NCBI RefSeq assembly: GCF_009914755.1
Contig: NC_060925.1
Reading direction: 5' to 3' (one strand)
DNA from: the human T2T-CHM13v2.0 reference genome, Homo sapiens
Length of the DNA stretch: 64,000 bases
The first letter of the stretch is position 1; each line of letters begins with the position of its first letter. Made by a program: the position numbers and the translations under genes. The notes below the pieces were generated by a model, which saw only the letters and a list, made by a program, of their open reading frames with translations, did not search any database and was not told where the DNA came from. Of the stretch, positions 51,889 to 64,000 are shown in pieces.

Positions 51889-51989
51889 TCAAAAATAAAA
51901 AAATTAAAAAGGCTGGGCATGGTGGCTCACGCCTGTAATCCCAGCACTTTGGGAGGCTGAGGCAGGCAGATCACGAGGTCAGGAGTTCA

Positions 51990-52300
<311 letters not shown>

Positions 52301-52627
52301 TCAATGGAAGACAATAGAGGACCCAGAAATACCCCATGCAATACAGTGGAGGAAGGATAGTTTTGTCAACAAATGGTACTGAAGCAAATTGATGTTCATA
52401 GGAAAAAACAAAAAACAACTCCACAGAAATTGGCTTTCTGTGATCTGATACAGCCTGCCTAGAAGCAGAAGTTCTGGCTGCCCATCACACTGTTTTTAGT
52501 AAACCTAGAGTTTTATTTGAAATATTGAGTCTGGCCCAGGCGCAGTGGCTCACGCCTGTAATCCCAGCACTTTGGGAGGCCGAGGCAGGTGGATCATGCG
52601 GTCAGGAGATCGAGACCATCCTGGCTA

Positions 52628-53000
<373 letters not shown>

Positions 53001-54418
53001 TTGCCTTAGTTCTGATGAATACAGAGATCTAGGCTGGGTGCAGCGGCTCATGCTTGTAATCCTAGCACTTTGGGAGGCTGAGACAGGCGGATCACTTGAG
53101 GCCAGGAGTCCAAGACCAGCCTGACCAACATGACAATACCCCATCTCTGCTAAAAATAAAAAAAAATTAGCCAGATATGGTGGCATGCAACTGTAATCCC
53201 AGCTATTCTTGAGGCTGAGGTACAAGAATCATTTGAACCCAGGAGGCAGAGGTTGCATGAATGCTGCTGAAAAAAAAAAAAAGTAAAATAAAAATGTAAA
53301 AGTGACCATTAAAAAAAAAAGCAACCAACCTAAACCTCATGCCTTATACAAAAATTAACTTAAAATGGAACAGGTTTAAATGTAAACTGTAAAGTTATAA
53401 GATGTTTAGAAGACAAGATAGAAGAAAATCATCAGGACCTAGGAGTCTTTCCCCAGGGCTCAGGGAAAAGTTCTCAGACATGATGCCAAAAGCAAGAACC
53501 ATAAAAGAAAAAATATATACATAATTGGACTTCATCAAAATTACAAACTTTTGCTCTGTGAAAGACCCCATTAAGAGGATGAAAAGACAAACTACAAAGT
53601 GAGAGAAAATATTTGCAAACCATATATCTGACAAAGGACTTATATTTAGAATATATATAAAGAACACTCAAGGCCGGGCATTGTGGCTCACTCCTGTAAT
53701 ACCAGCACATTGGGAGGCCAAGGCAGGCAGATCACTTGAGGCCGGGAGTTTGAGACCAGCCTGGCCAATATGGTAAAACCCAATCTCTGCTAAAAATACA
53801 AAAATTAGCTGGGCACGGTGGTGCATGCCTGTAATCCCAGCTATTCAAGAGGCTGAGGCACGAGAATCACCTGAACCCAGGAGGCAGAGGTTGCAGGGAG
53901 CCGAGATTGCACCACTGCACTCCAGCCTGGGCTACAGAGCTAGACTCTGTCTCAAAAAAAAAAAAAAAAAAAGGTTGGGCGTGGTGGCTCAGGCCTGGAA
54001 TCCCAGCATTTTGGGAGGCCGAGGCGGGCGGATCACGAGGTCAGGAGATTGAGACCATCCTGGCTAACACGGTGAAACCCCGTCTCTACTAAAAATACAA
54101 AAAAATTAGCTGGGTGTGGTGGCAGGTGCTTGTGGTCCCAGCTACTCAGGAGGCTGAGGCGGGAGAATGACATGAATCTGGGAGGCGGAGCTTGCAGCGA
54201 GAGCCACTGCATTCCAGTCCAGCCTGGGTGGCAGAGCAAGACTCTGTCTCAAAAAAAAAACAACAAAACAAAACAAAAAAAACACTCAAATCTCAACAGT
54301 AAGAAAAACACCAGATAATCCAATTAGAAAATGTGCAAAAAAAAAAAAACTTAAGATATTTCCCCAAAGAGAATATACAGAAGGCAAATAAACACATGAA
54401 AGAATGTTAACATAACTA

Positions 54419-55085
<667 letters not shown>

Positions 55086-55381
55086 TGATCTGCCCGCCTC
55101 AGCCTTCCAAAGTGCTGGTATTACAGGCGTGAGCCACCATGCCCGGCCAACAATTGAATCTTTCATACATTACTGTTGGGAATGTAAAATGGAATAGCCA
55201 CTCTGTAAGCTAATTTTGTATTTTCATTTATTTATTTTTAAGAGACAAAAACTTGGAGTGCACTGGTGCCATCATAGCTTACTGCAGCCTCCAACTCCTG
55301 GGCTCCAGCAATCCTTCCACCTCACCCCACCGAGTAGCTGGGACTACAGGTGTGCACCCCAAAGTCTGGCTAATTTTTTAA

Positions 55382-55525
<144 letters not shown>

Positions 55526-55730
55526 TAAACACTAAACATTCCCTTACCATATGACCCAGAAATTTTCCTACTTGGCATTTATCCCAGATAAATGAAAACT
55601 TATGTTCACACGAAAGCCTGTACATGATTTTTCATAACACCTTTATTTGTAATAGCCAAAACCTGGAAACAACCAAAATGACCATCAAATAGATGAATGG
55701 CTAAATAAACCATGATATATCCATATCACA

Positions 55731-57007
<1,277 letters not shown>

Positions 57008-57663
57008 CATGGGATCCTACTTAGTAATAAAAAGGAACAAACTTGATACAGCAGCAACTTAGCTGGATCTCAAGGGCTGAGTGAGAAAAGCCATCTGAAA
57101 AGGTCACATACTGTATAGTTCCACTTACGAAACATTCTTAAAAAGACAAAATTATAAAGATGGAAAATAGTGCTTGCCAGGTGTTAGGGATGGTGGGGGA
57201 CAGTGTAACTATAAAGGAATATCTCCCTGCACAAAGAAGGGAGATCTTTGTGGTGATATATTTATCTTGGTTGCAGTGGTGCTTACAGGAATATAAACGT
57301 GATAAAATGACGTAGAACTATGTATTCATATCAGACCAGAGTACATTTCCTGCTTTTGATATTGTGTTGTAATTATGGAAGAGGCAGCCATCGGAGGAAA
57401 CTGGGTGAAGGCTATGTGGAACTTTTCTGCACTATCTTTGCACTTCCTGTGCATTTACAATTATTTCAAAATAAGAAGTCAAAAGTTAATTTGAATAAGG
57501 GAGCTGGGTGCAGTCGCTCATGCGTGTAATTCCAGCACTTTGGGAGGTTCAGGTGGGAGGATCGTTTGAGTCCAGGAGTTCAAGACCAGCCTGGGCAATA
57601 AAGTGAGAACCCATTTCTAGTTAAAAAAAAAAAAAAAAGACCGGGCACCGTGGCTCATGCCTA

Positions 57664-57996
<333 letters not shown>

Positions 57997-58285
57997 TCAT
58001 GAGGTCAAGAGTTCGAGACCAGCCTGGCCAACGTGGTGAAACCCCGTCTCTACTAAGAATACAAAAACTCGGCAGGGTGCCGTGGCTCACACCTGTAATC
58101 CCAACACTTTGGGAGGCCAAGGCAGGCGGATCACGAGGTCAGGAGACCGAGACCATCCTGGCCAACATGGTGAAACCCTGTCTCTACTAAAAATACAAAA
58201 AAATTAGCTGTGCGTGGTGGCGTGTGCCTGTAATCCCAGCTAGTCAGGAGGCTGAGGCAGGAGAATTGCTTAAACCAGGAAGTCA

Positions 58286-58579
<294 letters not shown>

Positions 58580-58615
58580 CTATGTTTCATGGGTAAATAC
58601 AACTCTCAAAACTCA

Positions 58616-58859
<244 letters not shown>

Positions 58860-60232
58860 TTAAAATAAAAACAACAACAAAAGTAAGAGGAGCAAACAAA
58901 ATGTATCAATTTCAGCCGAGGTTTTCTAGGGCAAACACTAGAATATTGTACCTTTTGCTACCTGATACCTTATCAATCAATATATATTACTGAGCACTTC
59001 GATGCAAGGATTCCATCACCTCCCCAACATGTGATATAGAATAGAAGCAGGTAAATGTTTACTAAATGAAGGTACACAGCGGGCTTTTGGAGAGGAAATA
59101 GACTCTGGCCTCCAGCCATGGAATAATTTATACTGTCTCTTGCTAACATACCTGGAGCCGTTTCCTCATTTTGTGATCCAAAGAGTAAACATGTAAAACC
59201 AGCCAATCTTAGGTTATATTCTTGCCATCCTAGAGAGTAAGTGCTCCAGGACATCAGAGTAAGAAGTCTGGACCAGGGGCAATTCTCTTTGTATAATGTG
59301 GATTATTGTTTATGTTCCTATCTTGTTTCCCTGTTAGACTGTGAGCTGGAGAGTTTGCACTTTTATGTGTCGTTCTAACACTCTCAGTCCTTACAGTTCA
59401 CTGAACCCAGCAGCCAGTCAAAAATCTTTGCCACTGTTGAATTGTAATGCTGTACGTTCAGGGGAATACATTGCTATTTATTAAATGAAGGAGAACTTTC
59501 AAATTTAAGAAGAGATTGTTTTGCATGCTGAAGACAGTAGGTATTATAAAATACTTAAATGGGAGCCTTTCCCACCCCAGAACAACCTACTTAGCATTAG
59601 ATAAATTTACTATTTAAAGTAGCCAAAGACCACTTCTAGAAATAGAACCTAAAGAAATAATAGCAAATGCATGTAGAGAAAAAAAAGCTAAAAGAAATCT
59701 TTGTAAAAAAACAAAACAACAACAACAACAAAGCGCATTTAGAAGATTTGTTGCAGCATTGTTTGTTTGTTTTGAGACAGGGTCTCACTCTGGCGTCCAG
59801 GCGGGAGTGCAGTGGTGAGGTCTCGGCTCACTGCAACCTCTGCCTCCTGGGTTCCAGAGATTCTCGAGCCTCAGCGTCCCAAGTAGCTGGGATTACAGGC
59901 ATGCGCCACCAAGCCCAGCTAATTTTTGAATTTATTTATTTATTTATTTTTATTCTTATTTTTTTTTTGAGACAGACTCTTGCTCTGTCACCCAGGCTGG
60001 AGTGCAGTGGCGTGATCTTGGCTCACTGCAACCTCTGCCTCTTGGGTTCAAGTGATTCTCCTGCCTCAGCCTCCTGAGTAACTGTGATTACAGGCGCCCG
60101 CTATCACGCCCAGCTAATTTTTGTATTTTTAGTAGAGATGGGGTTTCACCATATTGGGCAGGCTGGTCTCAAACTCCTGACCTTGTAATCCATCCGCCTC
60201 AGCCTCCCAAAGTGCTGGGATTACAGGCATAA

Positions 60233-60657
<425 letters not shown>

Positions 60658-60819
60658 TGACCTCATGATCCGCCCTCCTCAGACTCCCAAAGTGCTGGGA
60701 TTACAGGCGTGAGCCACTGTGCCCAGCCAAAACTATTTAAATTTTTAAAATATTGGTTACATTTTGAGATGATAATATCTTGGATATGTTGGACACATAG
60801 GGTTGTTGTGAGGACTGAA

Positions 60820-61120
60820 TATGCTGAGAGTTCTTATACATATCCTGCCCTCATAAACACCCAAGCTTCCTACTGTCAGCATCCCACACTACAGTGGTAC
60901 ATTTGTTACCGTCAATGACAGATCATTTCCATCCAAACTTCATAGTTAATGTTAAGGTTCCCTCTTAGTGTCAAGCATTCTATGGGTTTTGGCAAATGCA
61001 TAACGATATCTATTCACCATGATGCTATCATACAGTGTAATTTCATTGCCCTGAAAATCGTCTGTGCTCTGCCTGTTCATTCCTCTTTCCCCTCATTCCT
61101 TGGCAGCCACTGATCTTTCC
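60820..61120 (-). mobile_element. L1MC-type 3' UTR fragment, flanked by MER33-like remnants (~60730-60800, ~61470-61518)
   Basis: agtggtacatttgttac...aggttccctcttagtg...cattctatgggttttggcaaatgcataac...atcatacagtgtaatttcattgccctgaaaat...ccttggcagccactgatcttt. Confidence 0.7.
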
Positions 61121-61148
61121 TTTTTATATATATATACTCCTAGTTTAG

Positions 61149-61374
<226 letters not shown>

Positions 61375-61506
61375 TAGCCAGGATGGTTTCAATCTCCTGA
61401 CCTCGTGATCCACCCGCCTTGGCCTCCCAAAGTGCTGGGATTACAGGCGTGAGCCACCGTGCCTGGCCTCTTTTACTTTTTTAAATGTGAATTTTAGAAA
61501 ATTTTA

Positions 61507-62048
<542 letters not shown>

Positions 62049-62214
62049 TCACTTGGGCCTGGGAGGTCGAGGCTGTGGTGTGTCATGATTGCATCACTGT
62101 ATTCCAGCCTGGGCAACAGAGTGAGACCCTGTCTCAAAAAATAAAATAAAATAGTAACTCCCAGTGTCATGTTTTTCTATTTTATTCTTCTTCCTAACAC
62201 TTATTAATAACTGC

Positions 62215-63800
<1,586 letters not shown>

Positions 63801-64000
63801 GTTGCCAGGCGCGGCGGCTCACACCTGTAGTCCCAGCACTTTGGGAGGCCGAGGCAGGCCAATTGCCTGAGGTCAGGAGTTTGCGACCAGCCTGGTCAAT
63901 ATGGTGAAACACTGCCTCTACTAAAAATACAAAAAATTAGCCAGGCATGGTGGCAGGCACTTGTAGTCCCAGCTACTTGGGAGGCTGAGACACAAGAATC

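Overview
Primate, very likely human, genomic DNA containing one protein-coding gene: NDUFS5 (+ strand, 3 exons, 106-aa twin-CX9C subunit of mitochondrial complex I). Exon 1 is non-coding at ~19520-19594 and the CDS is 21915-22130 + 27580-27684. From recall, this is the 1p34.3 interval between AKIRIN1 and MACF1; neither neighbour is visible here. The rest is extremely repeat-dense. By eye it holds roughly 120 Alu copies or fragments (about half the window), a fragmented Hsmar2 mariner fossil, an L1PB-type 3' half, an almost end-to-end ancient L1MD-type element stretched over ~15 kb by nested insertions, MLT1/MLT2 LTR pieces, L2/MIR/MER relics and purine-rich microsatellites. Nearly all ORFs in the supplied track are Alu, L1 or simple-repeat artefacts. 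I see no new protein-coding system. The most unusual items are retrotransposition or rearrangement oddities: (1) an SVA2-like VNTR retroposon apparently carrying ~1.1 kb of 5' passenger DNA between TSDs; (2) a polyadenylated mosaic retrocopy inside the L1MD; (3) a 52-nt double-hairpin insert with A-tail and 12-bp TSD; (4) two Alus carrying unique passenger DNA inside their TSDs; (5) a spacer-less inverted Alu fusion in NDUFS5 intron 2; (6) a ~125-bp direct duplication around a scrambled spacer. Repeat subfamily names come from recalled consensus sequences, not from a database search.
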